Source: Octopus sinensis (lineage: Eukaryota). From it: a stretch of DNA of 63,095 nucleotides. Below, in pieces: positions 50,562-63,095 of this stretch; position 1 is the stretch's first letter; every line of letters starts with the position of its first letter. Position numbers and translations under genes: made by a program. The stretch spans positions 1-63,095 of the forward strand of contig NW_021831872.1 of the NCBI RefSeq assembly GCF_006345805.1, in the 5' to 3' direction. The notes beneath the pieces were generated by a model. That model did no database searches, was not told the DNA's origin, and worked only from the letters and a program-made list of their open reading frames with translations.

Positions 50562-51614
50562 CACACACATACTCATTTGTTAAAAGCTGAGACTTTCCTT
50601 CGTTTGCAGTTATTACACTAGCTCGAAATACCAGCCAAATCTTCCTCGAATGATAACGACCCGTTTTAAGTATGAATGATCTTTAAAGAATACAAAATTA
50701 GGATGACTACAGCTGGAAGGTCAGAGCTCACCCGTGGCTAAACAACACCACTAAGAACAGCGTTTGCATGAATTAATAAGCTGCGTCTAAATAAAAACCT
50801 GTATTATATACAACCCAGTATACCCAACAACCTGAGACAGGGTGGAAAAAGCAGTGTGTTGTGTACATCAGCTCACAGTAGGAGTTCCCACATCTCATTT
50901 TCCACCTCCTTGTATATCTTCTCATACTCACCCTTCGCTTCACTTTAAAGTGAGACCTTCACATCTGGTGGACATATGAATAGTGCATTGACTCCATTCT
51001 CTGCCGAAGAAAACATGGCATTTCTTACGCTTGCACTGGATAGATATTTTTTTAAACATCCGCTGTTTCTATATTTTAAGAGAGAATAATATTTAAACTT
51101 TAGAATGTGTATGTATATATATATATATATATATAGATATATATATATGCGCATAGTGGATGGTGTAAATATGAATAAGTAACTATACTGTATGATCCAG
51201 AACAACGCCTGGCGCCTGTGTCCCGGTGGATATTAATATGAGCAAATATCGGTGAGCCTTAGATTTCAGAAGTAAATCTTTTAAATTTTCTGAGGAAATC
51301 AAAAATACTAGAAACATGGTTTCTGTAAACTAATCAATATCGATTTAAAACACTAATCAACAATTTTCATCGTTTCCAGTCAATGTAATCAGTCCGATAC
51401 CTTGTGGGCGTATGGCATATGCATGCAAAGAGCCGAGTCGTCAAAACGAAGGGTTTTAGGTTCAGTTTTAACTCAGTCCTGACGATTTTAATATTTATAC
51501 CTTTCATGTCTGGTACTTTAAGTGCTGGGGCCGGTTAACCGAACCGCTAATTTACAGGCTCATCAACAAAAACTAGTACCGGTTGTCAAGCGGCAGTAGG
51601 AGACATATACATAC

Positions 51615-51645
<31 letters not shown>

Positions 51646-51816
51646 ATATATACATCAAAGTGTACAGTATTATGTATGCACTACGGCCTATCTTTCCAAT
51701 CGGTTTCGCTTTAGGGATTCAACAGAGTGTTAGATAACAGTCTGATTTGTAACCCTTCGCGCATCAGTGGCAGCCGTTATCGAATGAAATATGGCGAAAT
51801 GTGGCGAAAGATGACA

Positions 51817-51849
<33 letters not shown>

Positions 51850-51850
51850 C

Positions 51851-51882
<32 letters not shown>

Positions 51883-52533
51883 GTGGTGTGTGTGTGTGTG
51901 TATACATGTATATATACATACATACACACATACATATATATTATATATATATATATATATACAGTTGAAATTTACAGGAAATCAATAGACGAAAACAGAT
52001 GTATAAGTTTGACACTCAGGAAAGTGAGAAGGTGCTCAAACAAGGTGACTGGTTGGGAAAAATGTTTGACCGGAGTGGGTAGCAAGAAGGGGAGATAATA
52101 AAGTATTCGTGATCTCAAAAGGAAGTTGCATGTGCGTGTGTGTGTGTGTATGTGAGAATGTGTAAATGTGTTTGTGTGGATATGGGGCTAGTGACTTTGA
52201 CGTATGGATGTGCACGCTTGTGTGTGCGTCTGTAATGTGTGGGTGTGTGAATGATGGTGGGCGCGTGTGCAGATGATGGTGCGTAGTGTGGATGCTGTGA
52301 AGTAGTCAGTGGTTGTGTGTGTTGAGTGGTGTGGGGTGACTGGGTGGGGGTAGGGGTGTGGTATGTGGAAGTGGGTTTTGTGGGGTGTAGTGTAGGTGGA
52401 AGAGTATCAATAAGGAGAGAAGGTGGGTAGGGGTTGAGTGAGTATTTATGTGTCAGAGTAAGAGAGAAGAAGAGAGGTGGGTAGGAGTGAAGAGAGGAAA
52501 CAGGTATCAGATGAATAGGTGAGAGGAGGGGAG

Positions 52534-52860
52534 TCAAATAGAGAGAGGAGGGGAATTGAGCCCAAGTGACGCAAAGGAGCGAAGAGAGAAGATTAATTCC
52601 TGTTCACGGCGAAGGCAGGAGTCCGGATGGCTCCCGTGCATAGAAAATCCAAACACAGACAGGTGTTGTAGTGAATGACCGGTAGAGCGGAAATAGCGCG
52701 AACCGGTCAACCAAGCGGTGTCCCGTTTGACCGATGTACAGAGAAGGGCAGAAAGAGCGGGCGATGCAGCAAATGACGTTGCTAGAAGTGCAGGTAAAGG
52801 AGTCAGTGATATGATAGGGACAGTGATGGGTACCTGTAAGGATAGTGGTGTTCGAGAGGT
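52534..52860 (-). mobile_element. Penelope-like GIY-YIG endonuclease remnant with an internal deletion
   Basis: YHITDSFTCTSSNVICCIARSFCPSLYIGQTGHRLVDRF, then (after a frameshift) FRSTGHSLQHL..RREQELIFSLRSFASLGLN..*. Confidence 0.85.
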
Positions 52861-52883
52861 AGGGGCAAGTGAGCAGTATTATA

Positions 52884-53205
52884 TTTTGTTAATTACTCCC
52901 TATTTCGAGCTTTCAACAATAATATAAGAAAACTTCATAAAACAGCAGCATCCAGAAATTTTTAAAATATAAAATTTCTGGAGAGTTAAAGCTTTGTACC
53001 TCTGTCTTTTCTAGGGGTGAGGCGCATTTATCTGGACGTCATTTTTTCTCGCCTCCCTAAATTTTTTCTCTCTTTGTTTCCCATTTCATGCGTCTTGGCC
53101 TAACGGCCCTTAATCTTTGTCTTAGTCGATTGTTTCTGGATGCTGCTGTTTGATGAAGTTTTCCTATATTGTCGTTGAAAGGTCAAATAGGGAGTAATTA
53201 ACAGT
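52884..53205. repeat. Inverted repeat, ~70-bp arms around ~180 bp, adjoining the Penelope remnant
   Basis: tgttaattactccctattt..aacagcagcatccagaaa pairs with tttctggatgctgctgtt..aaatagggagtaattaaca. Confidence 0.8.
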
Positions 53206-53425
53206 CGACAAGTGAGGAGGGGTTAGGGTCTTTTGGTATTTTGTCCTGTACTTGTCTCTCATTATGTGTATACGTATTTTTCACTCGTTGGTGATGTCCT
53301 CTTCTTATTGTATATATTTTGGTAATTTGTCCCGTACATATTACTGGTGTGCCTCTTTCACTCGTCGGTAGTATCCTGTACTTGATGTATTATGAGTATA
53401 TGCGTATATGTAGAGATATGTCTAT

Positions 53426-53515
<90 letters not shown>

Positions 53516-54163
53516 TATATATTGTATCGATATCTATCTATACATACATATATACATTCATATATATATGATCCAACAGATGGAATAGCGCTTCGATTCA
53601 GTCTTTCAAAAAACACTTATCTCCCCTTCTTCCATTACACTTTTTCTGTACGTCATTCTCCAGATCATGTGCTAAACAATTTGTCTAATTCTTCTCCGGC
53701 GTAACTATAGCGCCGTGGAATTTATTCTCCGCCCAAATTTTCTTCTTCAAAGGTCGACCTACACATGTTGAAGTTGAACATCAAACCACATTGATCTCAT
53801 CACACAAGAGTCTGCAAAGGTCATACACCCGCTCCCCTACTTTCATCTTCGACTAAGAACACGCGCATATACATACACACATAAATGCACACATACATAC
53901 ATACATACATACATGCATGCATGCATGCATACATACATACATGCATACATACATACACATATATATATGTAAAATATATACAGAGATTGCAATATCTCAT
54001 ATACGTGTATGGATGTATTTATATAAGTCCATTTCTATATCTATATGTGTGTGTATGAGTGTACGCATATATATATATGTATGTATGTATGAATGTATGT
54101 ATGTATATACACGTATATATACTTGTACATAGACATATATATACATATATATATAAACATGTG

Positions 54164-54196
<33 letters not shown>

Positions 54197-54578
54197 ATTT
54201 GTGTGTATATGTGTCTGAGTCTACCTGGATATATAGGTGTGCGCGTATGAAAGAATATAGGCAGACGGGTGTATACACAACATTCTACGGAAATAAGCGC
54301 TTTGACGTCATTGCAATAGGAGAAGAACGAACAATATATTCTGTGTTAGGTTCGTGTATATGTCTGTATGGGTATGTATGTATTGATATACACAGGCAAC
54401 AGTTCTTGTAGCATCAAATTTCCTCAACAAAACCGGAAACAAATGTCCATGAATATATGCGTGTGTGCATGTTATGTATTCGCGAGGGTGCGTGCGTATA
54501 TGCAGGTATATGTGTGTGTATATGTATGTATGCATGCATGCATGCATAGATACATAGATAGATGTATATATGCATGTA

Positions 54579-54778
54579 CGAGCGGTGTAGAAAGTTCCTA
54601 TTTTGGAGTAACAGAAAATACAGGCGGATTATGATTTTATTCAACATATTTCCCTCTCAGAATTACACACTTCTTGTAGCGGTCCTTCAGTTTTTTCATT
54701 TTCTTTTTACTAAACCCTGTCAAAACATTTGGAATGTCAGGCATCTACCCAGGAGAGGAAATTTTCAGCATCTGCTCA
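54579..54778. mobile_element. Mariner-derived MITE (~200 bp), TA TSD
   Basis: TA|cgagcggtgtagaaagttcct ... aggaaattttcagcatctgctca|TA; the interior resembles a mariner 3' end. Confidence 0.65.
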
Positions 54779-54781
54779 TAT

Positions 54782-54815
<34 letters not shown>

Positions 54816-54965
54816 ATATAATGTATATAATTTAGAGAAAAGCCTTTGTTAAACAATTCAATATTGAAAGACGTTATTCACACCATATAGAAAACATATA
54901 CTATAAAAACCTTATTCTAAAAATCAATAAAGTACGTAAACAATAAATAGTAAATAGTAGTAAAA

Positions 54966-55086
54966 AGACTATGCGCGTTTCGTGGCTATACTTTCAAATA
55001 GATAATAATAATAAAATCAATTCTGTTTTAAACTTAAATCGATCTAAAATTAATTCTATTTAAAAATATAGTCACTCATCAGGTCT
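54966..55086 (-). ncRNA. Candidate type I hammerhead with a long stem II
   Basis: AGAC-CUGAUGA-GUGACUAUA...UAUAGCCAC-GAAA-CGCGCA-UA-GUCU; one C.A mismatch in stem III. Confidence 0.55.
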
Positions 55087-55095
55087 AAAATAATG

Positions 55096-55158
<63 letters not shown>

Positions 55159-55160
<2 letters not shown>

Positions 55161-57640
55161 CTCCGGACATGTTCAAATGTTTGATTTTTGTTCAAAGGTT
55201 AACTGCGAGCAAAGATGCAGAAATACATGCCCGGATATTGACAACGCTAGAGCAAGACCAGAATTTGACCCTGCAGCCAGTGGCAGAGGAATGTCAGAGA
55301 ATTATTAATCTACGACATTATGTAAATAAAAGATTACTCTCACATGCATGCATGTTGACCTGTAACAGATAAAAATTTGGAAAACGAAGATCAAGACCCA
55401 ATCCATGCTACGGGTGCGGAGGTCTACATTTTAGCAATAACCGTCTGTTTAAACATTTAAAATGTTTTAACTGTCAAAAAATCGGTCATAAAAGCTCACA
55501 TTGCATAATGAAAAAATGGTCGATCGCAAAGAATTCTGGGAAGGTTTTCTCAACACAAAGTCTAGGCGAGGTTCACAAAGCTAAGTTTGTGGATATGAAA
55601 TTCAATAATGTGAACGTGAAGTTAGAGCAAGATACAGGCAGTGATATTGCAACTACTAACACCGACACATGGAGAAAATAGGAAAGCCTTCATTAATGGA
55701 ATCTTCAAAAATTGGGAAAGGTGTCTCAGAAAAATAAATTACATTTTGGGGGCGAAATGATAACTGAGGTTACATTTCGAAGTAAAACCTTGAAAGCAAA
55801 AGTGTTCGTGTTAAACAATGCAACAAAATTGTTCGGTACTGACTGGATGGAATTGTTAATTTATGGGACATCCCCATAAATCTGTTCTGTAAAAATATAC
55901 GTAAACACACCAACATCGGCTGTCAAGTGATAGTGAAGGGGACACACACAGACGAATTGAAAGAAAATATTTTTCCTGAAGTTCTATCCGATAGCGCTGT
56001 GCACCAAGACAAAGCCGTGTTTTCAAATATAAGAAAAGACTATACAAGTATTTAAACAAAACAAATAGTACCCTTCGCAGCGATGAAGCAAGTCAATGAA
56101 GAATTAGAGAGGTTAGAAAAAATTGGAGTTATCCAAAAAGTGGAATATTCTAAATGGGCAGCACCAACTGTGTATATTAAGAAAAAGAATAATAAAATCA
56201 GTGTGCCCTGATTTTTCCACTAGTTTAAACGAATTTCTTAAAACGTGCCACTATCTGCTACTTACCCCGGGGGATATTTTTGCGAAGTTAAACTGTGGAA
56301 AGATATTTAGATCTCTCTAATGCGTACCTACAAATTAAAGTAGACGATGGATGCTCGAAATACCTAACAGTCAACAGTCATAACGGACTGTATAAATATA
56401 ACAGGTTACCATTTGGTTTAAAAGTCGCACCAGCGATTTTTCAACAGATTATAGATGCAATCTTCGATCCTGTAGTACGGTATAGGAGCAGTAATACTAC
56501 GTAAATATATAGATGGTAACACGAAGGCGGTGGTTCATGCCTCATGTTCTCTGATATAATAAAAAACAATTATAGTCAATCGATAAAGAAGTTCTAGCGA
56601 TCATTTTTGCGGTGAAAAAATTTCGCAAACTTTTTCACGGTAGAAATTTTCAGCCACTAACTGATCACCGACCGTTATTAGCGATATTTGGGGCGAAAAA
56701 AAGAATTCCTACCTATACTGCTAATAGCTTAAAGCGTTGGGCGGCGATATTATTGAACTAGAAATTAGATCATGCAGATAGTCTATCAAGACTGATTTAA
56801 AAAAACACGGAACCATTCGAAGATACTGTGATTGCCACTTCGAGCGCGTAAAATGAAATTAAAAATGTTTTGTGTAACGTCATTCGTGAACTGCCAGTTA
56901 CGTTACCAGACATAAAATCAAAGTCGGAGAACAACAAATTCATTATAAAAAGAAAGAAACATTGAAGGTCAAAGAAAATAAAAATTTGTGAAACACAAAT
57001 ACTAATCATTTCTCACTGTGCGACAATGTGTTGATGTATTCACAAAGAGTTATAGTGCTGACCGCACTACAAAAGCATTTATTAAAGGATTTTCATATTG
57101 GTCACCCTGAGATTTCCAGAATGGAATCACTTATGAGAAGCTATGTATATTGGCCTATAATGGACCGTGGCATTGAAGAGTCGGTGAAATACTGCAGAGG
57201 TTGTGCCGTTGCAGCCAAGTCACCACCAGTAAAATTCTAACAGTGGCCTAAAACCGATAGACCATGGATTAGGCTTCATATAGACTTTACTGGACCAGTA
57301 AATGGCGCATATTACCTGATTGTAGTAGATAGTTATACTAAATGGTCGGAAATATGTAGATGTAGGAAACCAGCCTCCACGGTAACAATAGAATTTCTTT
57401 GTGAACTCTTTGCAAAATATGGTGTCCCGGACACAATAGTATCCGATAACGGTATGCAGTCTACAGCATGTAAGTTTAAAAGTTTTTGCAAAATGTACAC
57501 TATTGAACACATCTCTACGCCGCCTTATAACTCAAGATCGAAAGGGCAAGCGAAACGGTTTGTGGATACATTTAAAGCCTTAAAGAAATCAAGAAACGAG
57601 CTGGTCGATGACGCAGCATTGACACAATTGCTCAGGATGT
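55159..57640 (+). mobile_element. Decayed Ty3/Gypsy gag-pol (zinc knuckle, protease, RT, RNase H, integrase); RT catalytic segment deleted; no LTRs seen
   Basis: CFNCQKIGHKSSHC; EQDTGSDI; SKWAAPTV..DFSTSLN..LDLSNAYLQI..YNRLPFGLKVAPAIFQQIID; DKEVLAIIFAVKKF..LTDHRPLLAIFG; HIGHP..MRSYVYWP..CRGC; RLHIDFTGP..VVDSYTKWSE..YGVPDTIVSDNG. Confidence 0.95.
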
Positions 57641-57806
57641 TAAGGCTTTCTATTTCTCCCGCGTTCGTCTGCTAGCCGAAAGGCTCTTCCTCTAATTTAT
57701 TTTGTATATGTATAATTATTCCCCACCACCACCGTTGTATAGCTGAAAAGCGTTTTTTCTTTTGTATATGTAAAATGTTTTTACTGTGCACTTGTATTAT
57801 TATTAC

Positions 57807-58087
57807 GGAGATGTACTTGCATAGCAAGTGACCCGATCTGAGATCGTGTGCTGGAACGAAAACAATTGCAGCATAGAAGAAACACACACCAACCGTTAGA
57901 TTCACTTCAACATTTAAATTTAATTTGTCAAAATATTTTCGTCGCTTTGAGACCGCGACCTGTTCGCTGAAAAAATTCCGTGCTGCATCGAAAATATATT
58001 GGCAAATAAAATTTAATTGCTGAAGTAAATCTAACGGCTTTTGTGTGTTTCTAAAATTGCTTATAAACACCTTCCACGCTGCAATTG
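57807..58087. mobile_element. Third family G element, variant hammerhead at 57926-57971(-)
   Basis: Homologous to 39726-40041. Minus strand TTCA-GCGAACAG-GTCGC-GGTCTCAAA-GCGAC-GAAA-ATA-TTT-TGACA. Confidence 0.75.
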
Positions 58088-58407
58088 TTGTATTATTATT
58101 ATTTCATCACTTTGTATTGTATTAGCTTTCTTGTTTTTGTTCTTGTATACATTCGTTAGCTTTTCCCAGAAACTTAATGCTCTGCCGGGATCGAGCAGTC
58201 TCAATGTTAAAAAGCGTGAAACTGCTAGGATATCCCGGACATTGACTGAAGAGAAAATCATCTGCGAATGTTCCCTGTGTCTTTTCCGTCTTTATGTTAC
58301 CGTCTAGTTTTCCGTATGTTATTTTTTGTTGGATTACGCTTTCTGTGTTTTCTCCTTGTGTTCTTTCGGTTCAACCCACCCATGATATATATATATGCAT
58401 ATCTATG

Positions 58408-58451
<44 letters not shown>

Positions 58452-58497
58452 TATATATATAATATATATATATTCGCAATATATAAATACGCTCAAA

Positions 58498-58751
58498 CAT
58501 GCATGCAATACCAAAGATGAACTGAAGGCAAGGATTATGGCAGTATTCACTAACTTAAACAAGGAGGCCGACTAATAAAATTGCAGGGGATTCTGAAGTC
58601 GTCTGGAGGCCGTGGTTGAAACCAATGGTGATTACTCTTTAGTATTTCAAGACATTTTTATGCAATTTTGGTAAATATAATTCTTAAAATGAGATGTCAG
58701 TGTTATTTTCATTTTTGCGTAATTTAGACAACAATTTATTCACCGCACTCT
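58498..58751 (+). mobile_element. Tc1-family 3' fragment with TIR
   Basis: ACNTKDELKARIMAVFTNLNKE..SRLEAVVETNGDY; ends ..aatttattcaccgcactct. Confidence 0.75.
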
Positions 58752-60235
58752 CTTTCTTTCTCTCCTCTCTCTCTCTCTCTCTCTCTCACTCACTCACTCA
58801 CTCACACAAACAAACAAACAAACAAACACACACATGTATGTATGTATATATGTGTGTATAGATCTTAGTCCACATCATCATAAATAGACTAATCCAAAGG
58901 ATTAATGATGAGAATCCTGCATATATTTATGTTTGTCAGTCCTTTTGATTCTAAATGAGATTTACGAAAGTTCTCCAGCATTTAAAGTGAAAAGATCAAC
59001 TTACAAATGTTCAGCTTAGAAAAGGAAAGTTTGATAGTGATCAGGTTGAAATAAAATACCGTATATGCCGGCGTATTACACGAGTGGATGAATAAGACAA
59101 CTTCTAGGATTTCCATTTAAAAAGTGGCTTTTGAGTTATACTTTCTGTGTAAAACTACCACAGGTTTTCGAGACAAATATCTCGAGTGCCGACGGCGCGA
59201 GGTTCATAGCAAAAGGGGTCAGGTGAGCTGTAGCTTCACCAACGGACCCTTAAGCCTCTGCTTTTCTTGTGTTTTAATAACATTTTGATCATGCTTCAAT
59301 CAGTAAACTTTGTATAATTCTGCAGGCTTGGTTGTTCGAAATTTGTCCAGTTCTTTTCAAAGAGTGGCCAAATATTGTGAATTAAACTGGTTGGTGTAAA
59401 CACTATCCTAGTGGGGTCACTTAGGCGTAGGTTATTTTACAGCAACTAACAAGGTGCGAAGTATACCATAATAACACCATTTATTTTAATGGATTTACAG
59501 ATTTACTTACAGCATGTATAATATAATATTGTAATATATTAGAAATATTATTATAAAGTACACTGCTAGTATTTTCTTTAATTTGTAAATTTTATCTTGC
59601 TTCACGAGACTCTTGGTCTTGAAACAACGTATCCATATTAACGCTGCTCACGGACCATATATGGTACATGATTCTCTAGCAGTACCTCTTCTCATTGCGC
59701 ATTTTGTCCTATACTCGTTAGTAAGTCTTCTTTTAATCTCCAAGCTCTTACCATCTTCAAATACTATCTGCGCCCACCCTCCTGTTCATCTTCCTACTAT
59801 CCACTTCTACTACTATCACCCTTAGTACCCTCATTATTAACCCCTCACACTTCTTGAACTATCTTTTACCTTCTCACCATTCTATGTCTTCATACCTCCC
59901 AGTCCTCCCTCTAATACAGCTAGCTCTCCACATTAAGTCATTTTGTGTTTGAACTTCTCTGCGTTAAGATCTTAAATGTAGGAGCTTACTGACCCAGATG
60001 ACAGAGGTTCGTCTCATCCAATGTTAACTGCATCTATACGGCTGCATATTGTGATGAACTAAATCTATCAACATTATTATGGGTCACCGAGCCTCAGAAA
60101 TAGCTGTTGGGTTTATTACATCTTTCTTCCACCGCTTTAATTTTTGCTGTCGTTTGTATTCTGTGTAAGCTGGACCTATTAACATAAAAATCAATATATT
60201 TTCACCTTTTGCTTTCACAAGTTTTGCATCTGTGT

Positions 60236-60279
<44 letters not shown>

Positions 60280-61204
60280 TTAATATATTTTATATATTTG
60301 ATGTATTTAATTTGTTCACTCGCATAACTGTTTCTATATCCGGTAAACTTGATCCCTCATATGGCCTTTCTTCCCCTTGTGGAATTGATCTGCTGAAAAG
60401 ACATCTGAGACTAAGTTTGAATCTTTTGAGCACTACTAAGTGTCTCCTACATGGAGAATCTCTGTACCTCATTTATGAACTATATATATATTATATTATA
60501 TATATATAATATATATATATAATAATTATGCATGTATGTATGTACGTACATACATTTACATATATGCTGTTTCTTTAATTGAATTATCTTTTCTCGTGAC
60601 TCCAGTTAAAGAGCACATTTGGAAATCAAGAGTCAGAGGCGACCACTTTAGTACTTCTCTAGCATTAGTCAAGGGACAGACAAAGATTGAATTAATTGTA
60701 GTGCTACGACATCAGTCTAAGAGAGAAACACTGCATAATTCATGACTTTCCTCTAATTTTTAACAAAAGGACATCCGAATTGCTTGCAATTCCTGTTTAT
60801 TTGACATATATTAGCAAACACAAACCTACTGTGCACTTACACATACATACAAAGTTGTGTATCTTCTCTCTTTCTCCCTCTCTCTTTCTTTCTCTCTTTT
60901 CATCCTTCTCACTTCTCTCTCTGTCTCCCTCTCTCTTTCTCTGTATATATGTGTGTGTATGTGTGTGTGTGTATGTGTGTGTGTGTATGTGTGTGTGTGT
61001 TTGTGTATGAGTACGTGTGTGCATGCGCGCGTGTGTGTATACACATACAAACATATTTATACAAATATATATATATATATATAGCGGAATTTTTCAGAAA
61101 TTTCTATCGGCTTGTTTCGAGACACATAAATTATAATGGTGATTGACAATTTGTCTATTTTCGGCATATTTGGCATTATAATTTTTCTTTTGCCCTTATT
61201 TTAT

Positions 61205-61249
<45 letters not shown>

Positions 61250-61524
61250 TATATATATATATATATTATATATACATATATGTATGAGTCTGTGTTTATC
61301 TCTGTGTGTGTATACACGTACAAACATTTATACAGAAATATATATATATATATATACATGTTTATAATAAGTGTAGGTCGTATACATATATATATATATA
61401 CATAAATGCATACATATATATATACATATACATACATGTGTGAGAGTATATGTATCTCTGTGTGCGTATATATACACATACTGACATATTTATACACAAA
61501 TATATATATATGTATATATATTAT

Positions 61525-61903
61525 ACTCTCTTTTCCCTTACTCTTTTACTTATTTCAGTCGGTTGACTGCGGCCATGCTGGAGCACCGCCTTTAGTCGAG
61601 CAACTCGACCCCGGGACTTATTCTTTGCAAGCCCAGTACTCATTCTATCGGTCTCTTTTGCCGAACCGCTAAGTGACGGGGACATAAACACACACAAACA
61701 TACATTCAAACATATATATATATATATATATATACATATATACGACGGGCTTCTTTCAATTTCCGTCTACCAAATCCACTCACAAGGCTTTAGTCGGCCC
61801 GAGGCTATAGTAGAAGACACTTGCCCAAGGTGCCACGCAGTGGGACTGAACCCGGAACCATGTGGTTGGTATGCAAGCTACTTACCACACAGCCACTCCT
61901 GCG

Positions 61904-61907
<4 letters not shown>
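61525..61907 (-). mobile_element. Full-length family A SINE
   Basis: Near-consensus head and tail. Confidence 0.9.
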
Positions 61908-61944
<37 letters not shown>

Positions 61945-62261
61945 GCATATATACATATGTATATATATATACAAGCAATATATGTGTGAGTGTATGCGTA
62001 CATGTGTATCTGTGTGTGTGAGTGTATGTGAGTGTATGTGTGTGAGTGCGCGCGTGCGTGTGTTCAAATGTCTTTGTCAATAACGACACTTCATGTTAGC
62101 GGTATGATGAACCTACAAGATGTCTCACTGGCATTCCACTCTGGGTACCCTAGCTCTTAAACTCTCTACTGCTGGAAGCTGATAGATTTAGTTAAGTAAT
62201 CTCCGTTTTGTCAGTCCTCTGAAAACATCACGGCAAAACTATGAAATACACATGCATGTAA

Positions 62262-62345
<84 letters not shown>

Positions 62346-62349
62346 GTAG

Positions 62350-62575
62350 CTCGTGTGTAACCCTTCTGTCCGAGTCAGACGCCATGATAGATCGTTAGCC
62401 GCTACACACATTTTTTCTCTCCTTGTTTCTCTCCTTGTTTTCTGTGTTCCTTTCTGTAGAAGAGCGTAGCCTCGAAACGTAAAAGACTTTTTCTATTCCT
62501 GAGCGTTATACTAATACATCTGTTTGTTTTGTACACCACCTGTCCTCGTCTTTTTCTTTCGTAAACTCTCCCTAT
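62350..62575 (+). mobile_element. Family E element, hammerhead-like motif at 62450-62485
   Basis: CTTT-CTGTAGAA-GAGC-GTAG-CCTC-GAAAC-GTA-AAAG. Confidence 0.75.
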
Positions 62576-62595
62576 ATATAATATATAATATATAT

Positions 62596-62676
<81 letters not shown>

Positions 62677-62878
62677 CTTGAGTAATTGAATAAATGGAGT
62701 TGTAGATATTTGATAACAAGTTGACTCAGGGCGACATTACTTAATTTCAAGGGTGCAGCTGTGTGTTTACATCAGGGATTCCCAACGTAGTCCCCAGAGA
62801 ATTCGTAGCCATAAAAAATTGAAGCCATTTCAGATCTACACAATATTGTTCAATAATAAATACACTGGTAGTTAATAA

Positions 62879-63095
62879 TCTATTATATAAAATCGTTGTG
62901 TCAGTCTGTGTGTGTGTATTCTAAGATCTCGGGCATCCTCCATCCGATTGCACTCAAATTTAATGTGTAGATACCGACGGTATCAGGGCGTGTATAAGTC
63001 TGGAAAAATTACTAAAATCGATTCCAGGTGAGAATGTAATCGATAAAGCCGTGGGAACGTGCATTTGTAAAATCGTTTTTCTTGGAGTAGGAAAA
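62879..63095 (+). mobile_element. Helitron-like H3 5' end, runs off the window
   Basis: a|TCTATTATATAAAATCG; homologous to 24065-24260. Confidence 0.6.

Noticed and set aside
50880-51070. Strong minus-strand donor GAAGG|GTGAGT with an upstream ORF
   Set aside because: All three frames have stops shortly before the donor.
53135-53205. Degenerate hammerhead in the 52.9-53.2 kb inverted repeat
   Set aside because: Stem II is absent and the stem I register is incompatible with a 7-8 nt core.
59058-59110. TACCGTATATGCCGGCGTAT, resembling a pogo/Tigger TIR
   Set aside because: No matching second TIR or transposase motif could be confirmed.
60290-60745. Short unique ORFs with acceptor-like sites on both strands
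   Set aside because: No recognisable homology, weak donors, and in-frame stops after the best acceptors.

Overview
AT-rich, microsatellite-saturated eukaryotic DNA. The tRNA-derived SINE families, Penelope-like long terminal repeats (pLTRs) and the heavy (TA)n/(CATA)n/(GATA)n load suggest a coleoid cephalopod, probably an Octopus species (inference, not verified). I cannot support any intact host protein-coding gene; most ORFs in the track are microsatellite read-through. The window is a transposon graveyard: Tx1-like and RLE-type LINE fragments, an RTE fragment, Penelope GIY-YIG remnants, Tc1/mariner relics and a MITE, a decayed Ty3/Gypsy pol, several non-autonomous Helitrons and many SINEs. 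The most interesting signal is RNA-structural. At 13161-15404 a ~530-bp non-coding unit is repeated about 4.2 times, head-to-tail on each side of an inversion centre near 14086. It carries five type I hammerhead ribozyme motifs, four intact and one a base short in stem I (CUGACGA core, long stem II, GAAA, palindromic stem III, GUC cleavage site), like a retrozyme or Penelope pLTR array. At least six other hammerhead or hammerhead-variant families occur elsewhere in the window, several inside inverted repeats. A ~4-kb tandem duplication at 39.2-48.9 kb is bounded by Helitrons and has a chimeric middle Helitron. There is also a 1.3-kb foldback at 29.6-30.9 kb. Copy-to-copy differences in the 13-15 kb array and the 39-49 kb duplication are mostly indels, so long-read assembly artefacts must be excluded. 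All alignments and RNA folds were done by eye.
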